NCBI RefSeq assembly: GCF_032062105.1
Contig: NW_026918429.1
Span: forward strand, 372,001-436,000
Direction: 5' to 3'
From: Saccostrea cucullata
Taxonomy: Eukaryota
DNA: 64,000 nucleotides
In this document: piece by piece, positions 14,868-28,335 of the stretch
Position numbering within the stretch: position 1 is the first letter of the stretch
Layout of the letters: each line of letters begins with the position of its first letter
Position numbers and translations under genes: made by a program
Notes under the pieces: model-generated
What the model saw: only the letters and a program-made list of their open reading frames with translations
The model's database searches: none
What the model was told of the DNA's origin: nothing

Positions 14868-17606
14868 TAAACACAATGTAACCACGCTCCCCATAGGTTT
14901 GTAGATAGTAGGGAAACGCTATGATTCGGCTGCAGCAATGCTTGTTTAATCAAGAATATGTTATGTTGACGAATTGTTAAACAGCTTCTTTTTCAAAGAT
15001 TTTTTTTTCTCCTTTTTCTTGGGAAAAGGAAGGAACGCATTGAATCTGTTGTGGAATAGTGGATGCAATTGCTAAAGGGGAAAAGTAAGAATGCAATCAA
15101 ACATTGATTGTGCGGCCGGGGCATACAATACTAAAATAATTATTATAACATATATATTAATGGTTAAAGGTGGCGGAATTTTGTTTTTAATTAAAGATTA
15201 ATGTTGTGAAAGTTTGCAAAGTAACAGCTGTAAGGTGAAAGGGTTGTCAAACAAAGCTTCTGGCGTTCTTAATCAGGCGGGTATACACTGGGCCACGTCG
15301 CTATTTCATTGAAAAATCATGTTTGGTCATGTACAGTCCAAAAACTGAATTGCCAAAATATCGAAGAATGTTTTATAAAATGTCACTTTCATTGAAATAC
15401 GGATTGGTTCAATACTAATTGTGTGATTAATTTTGGAAAGAGAAAAAAAATGAGAAATACTCTTGTTGGCAGAAAAACTATTCGCTTTGACATGGAAGAT
15501 TGCGTTGAGTGTGACGTATGTCGGGATCGGTATAACAAACTTCGTAGGAGGAATCAGGGAACAAGACTAAAGGTACAAGAGTTATCGAACCTAATCCGCG
15601 TGAAACACAGCCTTAATGAAAGTTCGATCTAGAGAGAGTTTGTTTGACAATCTTTTCACTCTTAAAAGTACTTTTTTGATAATTTGAAAATTTTATTTTT
15701 GTTTCTTTTGCATGTAAATGTTTAATAACAATTGCATGATAAAGTATTTTTTTTAAATAATGTAAAGAAAAAAGAACATTTGTAAATGAACGTGTATATT
15801 AATATTATCCATTTTGAATAGGTCTCCCAGTTTCAAACTGATGTGTGCCGCAGCTGCGAAAAGAAATGCCAGATCTGATCAAAGACTACCGCTTACTTCA
15901 AAATTAGGATAAATCCCGTTCAGTTGTTATATTCTTGCGTTTTTCACCCATAATTGTATCAAAACAATCTGACCTACTAGCAATTATACAATGTATAGGT
16001 TTAGAATTTGTAAATGCTAGCAATCTCAGAGCCTATTATTTTTCAAATACCTTAGAATTTACTAACATTATCTTTTGCGATTTATAGCAAATGTATTAAA
16101 CACATTCTTTTTTTCTTTTTTTTGCTGCACTATTGAAATTAGATGAAACTGTGATATTAGCAAATTATTTATATATTTGTATATTCCGTCCATTCGTCAT
16201 TTACTTGTATTTATTCTGCACTGTGATATTTTCATACGTAACTTGCCAGAATAGAGTTTTAATTTTGTTCTTAAATTGATTTTATAATAGATCATTTTCA
16301 TTTACTCTGTTAAACTGTTATTCCTTTGCATAAAAAGATTTTTTGTTTTAATTGTCTTCGTATTTAATGATTGATGGATTAAATTAATGACATTCTCTTT
16401 CCTTACAAATACATGTTTTATAATTTTAAACTGCGATTCTGTAATTTTTTTTTTAAAGTTTTTGTGATATAGAGGCATAATTTCTTTTTAACATGTAAAC
16501 ATTTTATATTGTTTCCATTTTTGTAAAGAAGTAAATATTACTTATTTATTATTTTATTATGTTGTAAAATGTGATTTTGGTTTATATGATTCATATTGTT
16601 AATTCCACGATACTTTAGGAAAAAATATTTATTTTACATTTCTGCACAGTGTCGTATTGTTATATTTTTTTCATATTAGTTAATCATGTCCATTTTTCAT
16701 TTCATAATGAGCAGTAAAAAACACTAAAATGTCACTACAGTATTGAACTTCATCATGTTAGGTATTTTGAATTTTATGAAACAAGTGTTATTGTTAGGCC
16801 CGTTGTTTACGACCGGTTATTGGACTATTTATGGGCTAGAAACGGTTTTTGCTAATGTTACATGTACTGCTTGTAGAAAAAAAATGTTACAATTTAAAAT
16901 ATTGGTGAAAGCACCGACAATTTTATCATACAATAATGTTTCTAAATGAAATAGGTAAATGCATTGCTAACAGTATTATCGTAAGCTAGGTATAAAACGG
17001 AATCTGGTGCAAACACACTGTATGCATAGTCGTTTCCAACGAATGCCTACTTGCCTATGAAGTATGCAAGACTTAATAGATCGCACCAATGTACACAGGA
17101 TGTGGGAAAATGAGGAAAATAATTTGTACGTAAAAATATGCATGTTGTTTGTTGGATTTTTGAGCGTAGACAAAAAAAAATGAGAGTAGTTAAATGTTAT
17201 TAATAATTAAATTATTGAGAAAGTTGCCTGGTGTTGGTTTTCCTTTAAAAATATTAAAGTATTATTGAGACTGTTTTAGGAACGCGTAATCAGTTGATAT
17301 GCGTTATATTCCGTTAAAGGATTTGCCATTCTATGAACTATAATTGAAAATACCAGAAACTGAAATTAATTTTGGTTGTTAAACAAGATATTTATGATTG
17401 TATATTCGCCAATGAAAAAGTAAGAAAATTTATCATTCACATGTTTACTTCATTTTCAACTAGCAGTAACAAATTGTACTACATCATATGTATATATAAT
17501 TTATTAAATATGTTAACATTATGACAATTTCAAAAACAGTTTATGTATATCTTTGGCTTTCTCTTGATCCATACAGTAAAAGTTAAAATGACTGACATTC
17601 AAGGAA

Positions 17607-18663
17607 CTAACAAGCTTTTTTGTCACAGCTGACCTGTAATTAAAAAGAAGAGATTGTACATAAACAATTAAAATGTTTTAACTTTGGTAATCGGGAAAGC
17701 GGTTATTCATGGAACAATGATAGGATAATAAACTTACTGTTCCATACAACGACAAACAAGAACATTTGCTCCCACACTGATCCACCGACACCGTGTTACC
17801 GAGTGAAATAAATAGGTCCCCATGCCGACACCCTGTATAACGCCACAAAGTGATCGTTATAAATGTTTCTATTTATGTGCAGACTTAGGGAGTTAATTGG
17901 TAGAGATTGAAGAATACAGAGTGCTCGAAATTAGGCTGATTTGTTAGAAAAGGAATTGGTTTTGTGTGAGAGGAATAAAAGTTCTTGTGTTAGGTAGAGA
18001 GTACATTGTATTAGTTATAAATGCTTACCTGGTTGACAAGTACATGATACTGCAGTCGCTGAGGGACAGACAAAGCTATTTCCTACTGACTGGTCAATAT
18101 ACATACAAACTTCTCCAATGGCACAGTTATTACTCCTGTTCAAAAGAAATGAAAAATATGAATCATTCTTCCTGGTGAGATCTGTTGTAAATCACATCAA
18201 AGGGAAAACATAAAATACTTTCTATTACTCACATGGCATTGCAGGGTTTACCATTCAGTACAGGTGGTACAATATCACGACCTGGAGCAAGATCCCCACG
18301 GAGGGGTCCGGAATCTTCTATAACCGGATTCACCGGATCTACGATCACGGGTCCGGAGTTATCCGGAATAACAGGTTTAACGTCAATAGGTGGCTGGGGC
18401 TGAGGAAACAAAGGTAGAATTTGATCGTTTCCTGGCGCAGGTTGTCCTCCAATCTCAAAAAACTTCAAGGCCACAGGAGTTGGAGCGGGCACGTTCCACT
18501 GGGGCCATCTTGGGAATGGCATTGGAGGAAACCTTGGTCTGTAATAATGATAAGTCGGAGGAAATGGCAAAGGTCGCTTCACACAATTTTTTCTCCTCTT
18601 GTAAGAGTAAGCATTTGTTAAAGATACAAAACACAAAAGGCAAACAATTATTTCTAACTTCAT
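17607..18663 (-). CDS. Paralog A: secreted Pro/Arg-rich protein with C-terminal 12-Cys module (219 aa). Exons: 18663-18233, 18135-18029, 17832-17738, 17633-17607
   Basis: Signal peptide MKLEIIVCLLCFVSLTNA. The spliced C-terminus is CNAMSNNCAIGEVCMYIDQSVGNSFVCPSATAVSCTCQPGCRHGDLFISLGNTVSVDQCGSKCSCLSLYGTVSCDKKAC*. Introns are canonical, and AATAAA lies at 17500-17505 (-). Confidence 0.9.
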
Positions 18664-19537
18664 TGTCCTTCTAGCTGATTGGACTATCAAAATACAATAT
18701 GCATTTGTTGACAGTTTTTTGAGTATATATGAGAAGAAATGACGTTTAAAGTGTGGGTATGAGAACTAATAGACGTCAACACATGTTCCGATTTCTATTA
18801 AATTATGACCATCAATCAGGATTGACGGACTACGTAACGCCACGCACGCTTACATCTTGAGAAAAGAGAGAACGTGTACCATTGGCTGCTCCTTTATGAC
18901 CATCCAATCATAAAGATGGTAACAAGGTTTTTTTTCTATGACAAGCGGCCTGCGGAATGTTCAGCAATACATAGATGTTTTCCTATGGCCTAGAGGTACA
19001 GATTTACCCCAGGAAATGACTTAACTGTTAGTAACATTGGTTTATCCTAGGTATGGCCACTTGACCACTTACGTGTGATCTGTAAAGAGGCGGCCTGTTG
19101 ACGGGGGTTGGGAGTTCATCCTACTCAGCAATTTGTGCAAAGACAAGCCTTTCGGCAATTATAACAGCATCTTTAGGGTTTTTTTTTTTAAAGAAAGTCT
19201 GCAAAGACAATATATTATATACAGGCACTGCACCACGCTTGTTTTGTCATGTATCGTTGTTTATATATTGCATTTCTGTAATTTTCAGCGTATTGTGCAC
19301 TGCACCGACTTCGTTAATATGAAAAAAAGTGTTTGAACTGCAAAAACAATATCTGTAACATTTTATTAAACTCTTTGGAATACATAAACTTTTGTAAGTT
19401 CTTTATAAAAGATACACTAAAACCAGTCAGACTTCACAACTTGAACTTGTCATCAAATCGAGTTTTAGCACTATTACTTCAGTTCAGATATAGAATTTCC
19501 GACTAGCACTCTAGGAAGCACAACGAAGCAGTTTCAC

Positions 19538-20449
19538 TCAACAACTGTCAAATTCGCATTCCACCTGCAAGACGTAAAAACAAAATTAACAGCTATACAC
19601 ATATAATCTCCGATTTTCAGATGATTTATGATAAATATTTTGGTCTAATGAAAGCCTACCTCGCCATTTAAGCTATTACAGTAGCATTTGTTTCCACATT
19701 TATCAACCATTATTGACGTGCCATAGGGAATAAAAAAGTTTTTATGTCGACAGCCTGCAAGGAGAAGACAAATTGATGCAAAGAATTTATGAAAGAATGT
19801 TTTTGAACTTAGAAAAGAGATAAATTGATTGGAAAGTATTGATGACATTTTAGCATTTAACAATAGATAAATAGCTTTTAAGTCTCTCACCTGTTTGACA
19901 TCTACAAAGGGGATGCACGGAATTATTCAGGGGACAGATCGAGGCTACAGCATCACCATCCAGAGTGGGCGGCAAATAAACGTACTGCTGGCCAACAGGA
20001 CAATAGGGTGTACTGCAAGAGACGAACCAAATATATCATCATCCAATCATAAGAAGCATGCAGAATGCAAAAAGATTTCAGGATTTATTTCAGTTATACT
20101 GAAGCCCTTATTACCTAGGGTAGGGGGAGATGTACTTGACTGTATTTACGGGCGTAACCGCTTCCCGTCTCGGAACGTTCATCGTATTTGGAATCATCCT
20201 TTGTGGAGGCCGCATGTTGCCCATGGGAATCGGGGGTCTTAGGTTGCGCACAGGAGGTGGGGGTCTCCTCCCCCTGTTGTTCACTGGCCCCAAGGGTCGA
20301 TTTTCCATGAAGGGTGTGTAATAGTTATCAGATGCATCGTTTTCTACGTTATCGAAAATTATTACAGTCCACGGAACAGAAGCATAGAGAAAGGAATCGA
20401 CATGCACAAAACATAACAAAAAACACAACAGTTTTAATAGAATGTTCAT
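19538..20449 (-). CDS. Paralog B: secreted Pro/Arg/Met-rich protein with a 10-Cys variant of the module (192 aa; alternative ATG at 20467). Exons: 20449-20115, 20012-19891, 19754-19660, 19564-19538
   Basis: Signal peptide MNILLKLLCFLLCFVHVDS. The spliced C-terminus is YPSTPYCPVGQQYVYLPPTLDGDAVASICPLNNSVHPLCRCQTGCRHKNFFIPYGTSIMVDKCGNKCYCNSLNGEVECEFDSC*. Exon 3 (95 nt) and the coding part of exon 4 (27 nt) match A in length. AATAAA at 19362-19367 (-). Confidence 0.88.
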
Positions 20450-20998
20450 TGTTGAACGTAGTACCATGGGGAACTTTGTTATTTTACGAAAGAAAAAAAA
20501 TATTATTGTTTCTTTAATTATTCCTCATGAATACATCCCTGTTTTTTGTCCAATACACACAGAATTGCTAAGTCCAGAAATGTTTACAAACATCCACTCA
20601 ATAATTAGGATCTTGTTTTAATTGATTTGTTTGTATATGTGATTGTTTATGTCTGGAGAGTATGAGTGTGTGTATTGGTGGGTATATTTATCTATATATC
20701 GTGTTATAACCCCAATCCCTGAATGAGGTGTGGGTATATTAGAAATACATCATACGACCCACGTTCAAGGAAAGTACGCATGCTACACAAACAAACGTGT
20801 GGCTATTTGGAATTTCGTAAGATCTGTCAAATATCACCCAGAAAGTAGACGATCACATACCAAAAGCTCGACACATGGCGACATTTCGTCATTGCCGATT
20901 ATGGCAATAAAAGTTTTCATTTATAACGTATTAAAAATGATAGGTTGACTGTTGATTACCATTTATATGAAAAAATATAAATACATGTAAATAGAAGT

Positions 20999-21151
20999 CA
21001 TAGGCGTAGTCACAGGGGGGGCAGCGGGGGCACTAGCCCCCCCACTTTCAGATGTGGGGGGCAAGAGTATTGTAACTTTTTAAAAGAAGCTATTTTCCTT
21101 AACATTACCTTTATATAGGAAATATATATAAAAGTTGGCCTCTACCCCCCC

Positions 21152-21185
<34 letters not shown>

Positions 21186-21363
21186 ACGAAATAGGATTTT
21201 CGAGTTTGGGGAACTTTCCTGTTTTTTTTTTTTTTTGCTTGTCAAAGAATTTCTGGAGTTGAGCCCCCCCACTTTTAAGTTTTTTTTTTTTTTAACTTTC
21301 TTTCTTTTCAAAGAATTTCTGGAGTTGAGCCCCCCCACTTTTAAGTTTGTGACTACGCCTCTG
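20999..21363. mobile_element. MITE with CA...TG ends and 5-bp TSD; internal poly-C run
   Basis: TIR CA(T/G)AGGCGTAGTCACA, GAAGT duplicated at 20994-20998 and 21364-21368, an internal ~65-bp duplication, and a ~40-nt C tract. Confidence 0.8.
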
Positions 21364-21847
21364 GAAGTAGAAAAGTAATTATAACTTAAAAGTGGTTTAA
21401 AACCCTTGATCCGATCGTTGTGATATACTAGTAGTAATATCAATGTATTACTCACAGTTTGAAAGTAATGTCTTTTATTAATTTTCAATATGAAGTTGAA
21501 AATGATTACAAGACAAATTAATTTGTCATATAATCATTTTCAACTTCAGATTGAAAATTAACAAAAGACAGTAATGAAACTGTTAAAAAGTAAGTCGGAT
21601 ATTGGACCAATGCAGGGAGATCCATTTTGGTCTTTTTTATTAGTGTACACACATGTTATCTTATGATTAGAATTAATAAAATAAATCATGTACCTAATCA
21701 ATAAATATTACCGCACATTAATAACCCGATATTCATTGATCAACCCTCCTATTCGAGAAAAAGAAATTAATTATTTTCTCTGCAAATTTTTAAATTATTG
21801 TTTCATTGCAATTAGTTACATAGGCTTTTCTTTGAATTCATAACCAA

Positions 21848-22555
21848 AATAAGAGGTCCACGGGCCACATCGCTCACCCGAATAGCTTTGACCAAGCTGC
21901 TCTTTAAAAGACTTCCCCCTTGTAATACATTTTGTGACCTCACCCTACCCCAAGGGTCATAATTTGGACAATTTAAAATCTACGCCACCCCATAGTGCTT
22001 TCGCATAAGTTTCAGCTTTCCTGGCCCAGTACTGGGTGGTTCCCGAGAAGATTTTAAAGGTATTTCCTACATATTCCAATGTAAAATGTGGGTCCCCTAT
22101 TGTGGCCATGCCCTACCCTCGGGGGTCATGATTTGAACGATTTAGAATCTACACTAGCCTAGGATATGCTTCCACATAAGTTTCGGTTTTTCTGGCCCAG
22201 TGGTTCTTGGGAAGAAGATTTTTAAATTTTTCCCCCTATATATTCGATGTAAAACTTGGATTCCCTATTGTGGCCCCGCCCTATATACTCCCAGGGGTCA
22301 TGATTTAAACATTTTAAAATCTACACAATCCCAGGATACTTCAAGTATAAGTTTTCCCGGCCCAGTGGTTCTTTTTGAGAAGATTTAAGAACCAAAATTC
22401 ATGTAATTTTCAATGAAAAACTTGGATTCCAAATTATGGCCCCGTCCTACCCCCGAGAGTCATGATTTGAATAATTTAAAATCCACACTACCCCAGGATG
22501 CTTCCACATAAGTTTCAGCTTGCCTGAGCCAGTGGTTCTTCGGAAGAAGGCCTGA
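21848..22555. repeat. Helentron-type element carrying about 4 units of a ~168-bp Cg170-like satellite
   Basis: Starts 'aataagaggtccacgggccacatcgctcacc'. The motif 'ccctacc..gggtcatgatttgaa..atttaaaatctacact' recurs at about 21942, 22111, 22280 and 22446. Confidence 0.7.
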
Positions 22556-22793
22556 CAAACTTGATGATTACATGTATATTAAATGACATCTATTTTGAAA
22601 TCCCATGAAATTTGATTTCTGCTAGACACTGGATCCTTTTAAAAAACACCAGAGAGATATAAAACATCAATACATGTAGTAGCAAAATTTATTTGTTACA
22701 ATGGATTTCATTTGAAAGCACATCATATAATTTAAATAGAAGGATTTCTCAAATCATTTATGAAAATAATCTCTTTAAAACAAAAGCACTATT

Positions 22794-24235
22794 TTAAATT
22801 TTCTGCGAATCTTTGACGATCGGAATCACGGGAAAATTCATTTGGACGCTGTCCTTTCTTTTGTTGATTTTCAGCTTAGATGTCGTGGTGACGTCAGAGG
22901 TGAACGCAGTCGGTAACGGATTCTGTGATGTTGAAATGTCGGCTGGTAAAATGTCGGATACTTCCGTTGTTGGAATTTGATCAGATGGTAATAATTTCTC
23001 CGAGTTATTTGGAGCTTTGCATGATTTATTAGAACAAGTTGGCTGTAAAATAAAGAGAAAATTAATGTAGATATTTTCGTCATAAAATCACAAAGTAATA
23101 TAATGTGTTGCACAATTCTCTTGGTCTGATAAAAAAAAAAAAAAAGGAATACTTACAGCTCCATACATATTAAAACAAGAGCACGTGTTTCCACAGGTAT
23201 CCATGGTAACAGTTGTGCCATATGGTATAAATGTATAGTCGACTCTGCAACCTGCTCTGCACTTGCAGTCGACTTCCGGTATGTATATGGGACAAATGTG
23301 GGAACCAGAAAAAACACATTCGTGTCCCGTCATGCAACCTCTGTAAAGAGAGAAAATGGTGGTAAAAAATGATATTTCAGAAAAAAAATTATGTTGGTTT
23401 GTGAAATTTGATGTTATAAAAATATTACATTCAAATCGTTTTAAATATAATCTTGACATTTAATTTTGTAATTTACTTACGTTTTATGACAGGATGGTTC
23501 ACTGGTCTTCGTACTCTCTTGTCCGTTCGTTACAGTTATTGTATTAGAATCTGGGACCAGGTTTGTGTCACTTCCAATGGTGCTGGTATTATTTCCCAAG
23601 TTTTCTTGATTTCTGATCGTGCCAGTCGAATCAATGTTACCCCCATTCACTTCTGGTACTGAGGAAACATCAGTTTTATCTGTTGCTATGGGAGTTAATG
23701 GTCTTGTTACCACGGGTTCTTCTCGTTTATCTGAAGTTGGTAGAAATTCCGATGTAACCATTGGGACCTCAACATTAGATGGAACGATGTTATCCGGAAA
23801 CAGTGGGACGCCGGGGCTCACAGAGTCTGGTGTGTTGTCCGGAAGCTTATCATTCAATACAAGAACAGAATCTGGGTTGACCTTGTCAAACATTGACCAC
23901 GTGTTAGCATCCCTCCATTCATCTGGCACGTTCCACCCGACTCCGTTTTCGGGGTAGATCCCTGAAGGGAATCCTGTGTTGTGTGAATGACCAACATCAC
24001 TGGAGACATGAGAGTGTTCGAATTGTCTTCCATTGAATGGCACGTGGATATGTGTGTTTGGTCTAAATCGTCTGCTCCTGAAAATTCTGCCGACTAGCGG
24101 GATGTATCTGATTGGAAATCGTCGAAACCTGGGTCTCATTGTTATATCGCCTCTGACCCGAACAGGGCGACCAATTGGAAGTATCATTGCGCTGACTATT
24201 TGTAGGAAAAGGAGAAATGGGATAAGAAACTGCAT
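22794..24235 (-). CDS. Paralog C: secreted protein with Arg-rich, His-rich and acidic Pro/Thr regions, the 12-Cys module and a ~75-aa tail (395 aa). Exons: 24235-23481, 23340-23157, 23042-22794
   Basis: Signal peptide MQFLIPFLLFLQIVSA. The module is CHKTGCMTGHECVFSGSHICPIYIPEVDCKCRAGCRVDYTFIPYGTTVTMDTCGNTCSCFNMYGAPTCSNKSC, followed by KAPNNSEK...KDSQKI*. Confidence 0.88.
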
Positions 24236-24334
24236 GGTTCTTTGTATTTAGAAATAGCTAATCCGAAAGATTAGAAGGTTCAGTGTAGTTGTTGTTATTC
24301 TTACTCAATAATGCATGCATACTGTATTGTCTTC

Positions 24335-24341
24335 TTTTATA
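24335..24341 (-). promoter_or_regulatory. TATA box of paralog C
   Basis: TATAAAA 100 bp upstream of the ATG at 24235. Confidence 0.5.
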
Positions 24342-26502
24342 TACAAGACATCTACACATGTTTACGGCATGTTTACGCATTTCACACCTTCAGGAAGCAT
24401 ACGTCACTGAACCACTACTCTTATGAATGGAAACATTTCCTCGTGAATGAAACTCACAAGTTTGGTCATTCACAGGATACTATTACGTTCATTTAATGGA
24501 TTTTTAATACTCGAATTGACCGTAAAGACCCATGACGTATAAGCACGGTTTAATGTTCAGTCAGGACAACGCAAGGTGACCAACGGACCGTGGACTGGTT
24601 GCATTAATCGTGCACAGCAATAAAAGGTGACAATATATTATAAGATGTGACCATTATTAATGACAAAATGAAAAGATGAGTCATGTTGGCCATTTACTTA
24701 CAATGCTAGGTATGCGATAAATGAAATATGGGATAATCATTGATGAATTATGATCTTTGATCGGAATACATATTATAAAAGAGTTCTACGTTTTGAACTT
24801 ATGAAATTGGTAATTCTAACAAGCGTTATCACTCAAAGATTTACAAAAGCAGAGCTAGGAAAAGGAGTTGAGTGGACTTGAAACATACAACAATTTTAAA
24901 ACGTTCAAGCTTTCACCACCAGGAAATATCCGTGTATTAAGTGCAATGCAATCCATTTTGAATCTTTTAACTAATTTATTAATTGTGTTTTCGGCCTTAT
25001 TTTGCTGTTGTTGTGTACAAATCTTCTCGCACAACCAGCATGTGTGTTGTGTAGCAATAATTATTTTCACATGATATTTAAAAAAAAAAGATTTCTATGC
25101 TTAGTAATGCTCTTCTTCATGTCGAGATTATAGCTGAAATTCATTCCAACCTTAAACCTTAAATTTGGCCAAGAGAGACCATGTTTCTGTGATATGAATT
25201 TATTTTTGGAGAACTGTTTCACAATAGGAATAGTAATCTAGCTTGAATTACTGAATAATTATGATTTAATTGTCTTACTTAAATTTGTACACGCATAGTA
25301 AACTTTTTAAAATAAATCTGTTATTTTTCGATGTTCAGCAACTTCTAATCAAGACGTATGTGTAACACTGATACCTACGCGTGACAACTCACAGTGAGAG
25401 TTAAAGTTTATGAAATGCATGTCAAAGCCCAAGGCCAGGAGAAGAAATAGTTGTACACTCAGAAACGGCTGTAACAAGAAAATTACATGTGAAAAAAAGA
25501 ATTAAGTTCTAGCTCGAACCATTTAAAATGATGGCTCATGCCCATATTAAAGTTTCTCAAAAGTAGGTCAACCTTCAAGATGAAAGGATCTGAATTAATG
25601 GTGCCCAAGGAAAGGTCTTGTCACAAGGAACAAACATCTGAAATAAAGAAGCTCTATAGCACCAACTGATCAAAGGGTATTGCTATGATTAAAGTTTTTT
25701 AAGGTCACCTCTGATTCTGAGGTCAAGGGGTAAAAATGTTTTGATATCCATGGGATACTCTTGACATAAGAAACTCACCTGTGAAATAGTCAGAACTAGT
25801 ATGAAAGCCTTAACAGAAACGTTCAGAAGTTACGGCCAAGTTTGAAGTTTTTCTTAAAAGTTACTCAATATAAGGTAGGATTCTTCTCATATTTCTAATA
25901 TTAAAAATTAATGAAATTTTCACAGAATCAAGAAGACAATACCAGTAAGTGATAGTATCAGTGAAATTAAATTTGACCGTTTTATATTTGAGGCAAGGTC
26001 AGGTCAAGGTCATTATCTTTTTCCTTGACATTAAGAATAAAAAATGACTTTTGCCAATCATGTGATACCTACTCTTATTTCAAAAGTTTAATGATTGTTC
26101 TTTTTGCATAAAAACATATTACTATATCGGGTCTATAGCATGACATTACCAAATTTACACAAATAATTTAACTTAACTGGATATTGGCTAATCCGAATTT
26201 GTAAATTGTTTATACGTAGAGCATGCTCTTGTGTGTCGAATCAACCGAGAAATAAAAACTCTGTTTGCAGGTGATGAAGGTAAGTAAGGGAAATACATTT
26301 TCAAACTTCAATATGTAATTATGTTTTGAGGTTAATTTGATCTATTTTGGCATATAATATGAAATTTTCATGTAAGAAAACCATTTTAGTGCCCTAAAAT
26401 CAAAAATATATATTATTATATATTTCCCATATTTTGTAACATTTATTTAGAGCAATATTTCTAATAAAAATTGAAACCGTGAACCCGATTTCGGATCATG
26501 TT

Positions 26503-26645
26503 TAGCTGCAGAACTGTAGCTCTCTGCTTGAGAAAATTCGGACAGATAAGATCCAAAAACCCTCGAATTACGCTGACAATTTTTTGTCGCTCACTTCGGG
26601 TATTTCGAGAATTTTCTCAAGCAGAGAGCTACAGTTCTGCAGCTA
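26503..26645. mobile_element. 143-bp MITE with TAG...CTA ends
   Basis: A ~35-bp perfect TIR TAGCTGCAGAACTGTAGCTCTCTGCTTGAGAAAATTC. The flanks gatcatgtt/gatcacgta look like a decayed 8-9 bp TSD. Confidence 0.75.
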
Positions 26646-26725
26646 GATCACGTAGTGCAATACGATGCAGAAAAAAATAATAAATTAGAAAAGTTACCAA
26701 AATTAAAGAAAAATTGTATTTTTAA

Positions 26726-27562
26726 AGGGGCATGGACACAGTTTCAACTGATTTTTGAAAATGAATTTTATTTTTTACAATTCCTAGGAATGGCATCATT
26801 TACTGATCAGTAAAAATTTGAACATCATTTGTTTATTAACAAACGAGATAGAGAACTTAAAGTTTATGTTAACATAAACAAGGCACGGGCCTTGTTTATG
26901 TTCACATATAGAAAATATTATATTTATAAGAAAAAGAAATTCAGAAAATCACTAGAAATTGACTGATTGAATTTAAAATTAACTTTTTTTTATTGAAATT
27001 ATCTGCTTTGTACGAACATATATAGTAACATTATGTAAAAAAAAAAAAAAAAACATGACACTATTAGTTATCCAGGTTCAATCAAGGGTGTACGGGAATT
27101 TACCCCGGGTTTTATTCCATACACCCTGAGGCCGCAGGCCGAAGGGTGTATGATAAAAATTTTAAACATACATTTGTTGATTGGACCTGGATAACGAATT
27201 TATTTCCTTTGTACCAATAAAAATGCTTTGTAAACATCAGAGTGTGTCTCAATCTATCGATTAGATAACTACGTACTGAGAATGTATACACTGTGACGTC
27301 ACGTTTTATTTACACCCGGCTCAAGTCGGGTGCACGGATATTTACACCCGACTTTTTAACCAATCAAAGCTCGTGTTACAAGCTAGATAGGAAATAAGGA
27401 CCATGATTACATATCAAAGTTTTGAAGCTCTATATCTGTCTTGTATCTCGACAACCGAAGTTCAGTTTTTTTTTCTGATCATTATTAGAACTAGTTAATA
27501 ATTTGATAAAATTTGAAAACTAATTTAAATTTTATTTTAGCTTAAACTTTGTCCATGCCCCT
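26726..27562. mobile_element. Non-autonomous TTAA-targeting DNA transposon (Kolobok-like) with a nested hairpin element at about 27060-27400
   Basis: TTAA|AGGGGCATGGACA...TGTCCATGCCCCT|TTAA. Confidence 0.8.
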
Positions 27563-28335
27563 TTAACTTAAGCTTTATTTTATGATGAAAATATACATGT
27601 AGTACCGGATATGTCTTGTTTCTTAATGATTAAAAAATATATTTTATTCTTGCTATTATTAAAGTTAGACCCTACCAAAAAACTTGACCTCAGAGATGAC
27701 TCGTGTGTCGCATAATGTGACTATGAAGGCTTAAGTGACAGAAAAGATAATATGCTTCGTCACCGGTTGGTACATAAATGGTCGGCAAAGTTATAACTAA
27801 CCTGACAGTGCAATGATTGAAATATACAAAAAATAATGAAAGTTGCGAATATTGACATTAAATTATACAAAACAAGGGTCGTACACCAGACAATTGACAA
27901 AAATATTGAGTGATATGTCTTAGACTTATTCATAATTATTGATATATCACTACTAAAAAATATTGGTGTAGGCGTCCAAGCACGTGTTAGAAAAAAAAAA
28001 AAATAGAGTTGAACCTTTAAAATAATAAGATAAAAAATATCTGTTAGACATTGCATAACCTTTGTAATTTTTAATATAAAGAAGTGATTAAAAGGTGCCA
28101 CTTTGATTTTGAAAGCAACTCCCGGAAACCTCTGTGTTAGTCATGAAATGAACAAGTCTTCACAAAATTTGAATTTTAAACTTTTTATTATAAAAGGATT
28201 TCAAAAAGCATGACACAAATAACAGAACATGACAATAATAAAACAGCAAAATAAATAACATACAAATGGGACTGTGTGCCTCGTCACGATGAAGTTTGTA
28301 GCATATAGAAGAAAGATGTAAGTTTTTGTGACAAC

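Noticed and set aside
14868-17000. Short ORFs downstream of the CH gene
   Set aside because: T-rich sequence consistent with a long 3' UTR or intergenic DNA; no splice-supported coding signal.
21146-21185. Poly-C tract giving a poly-Gly ORF (21111-21488)
   Set aside because: It lies inside a MITE; the homopolymer length is unreliable and the ORF is not coding.
25871-27680. Possible outer Kolobok-like element (GGTAGG...CCTACC)
   Set aside because: Only a 6-bp terminal match and no clean TTAA TSD.
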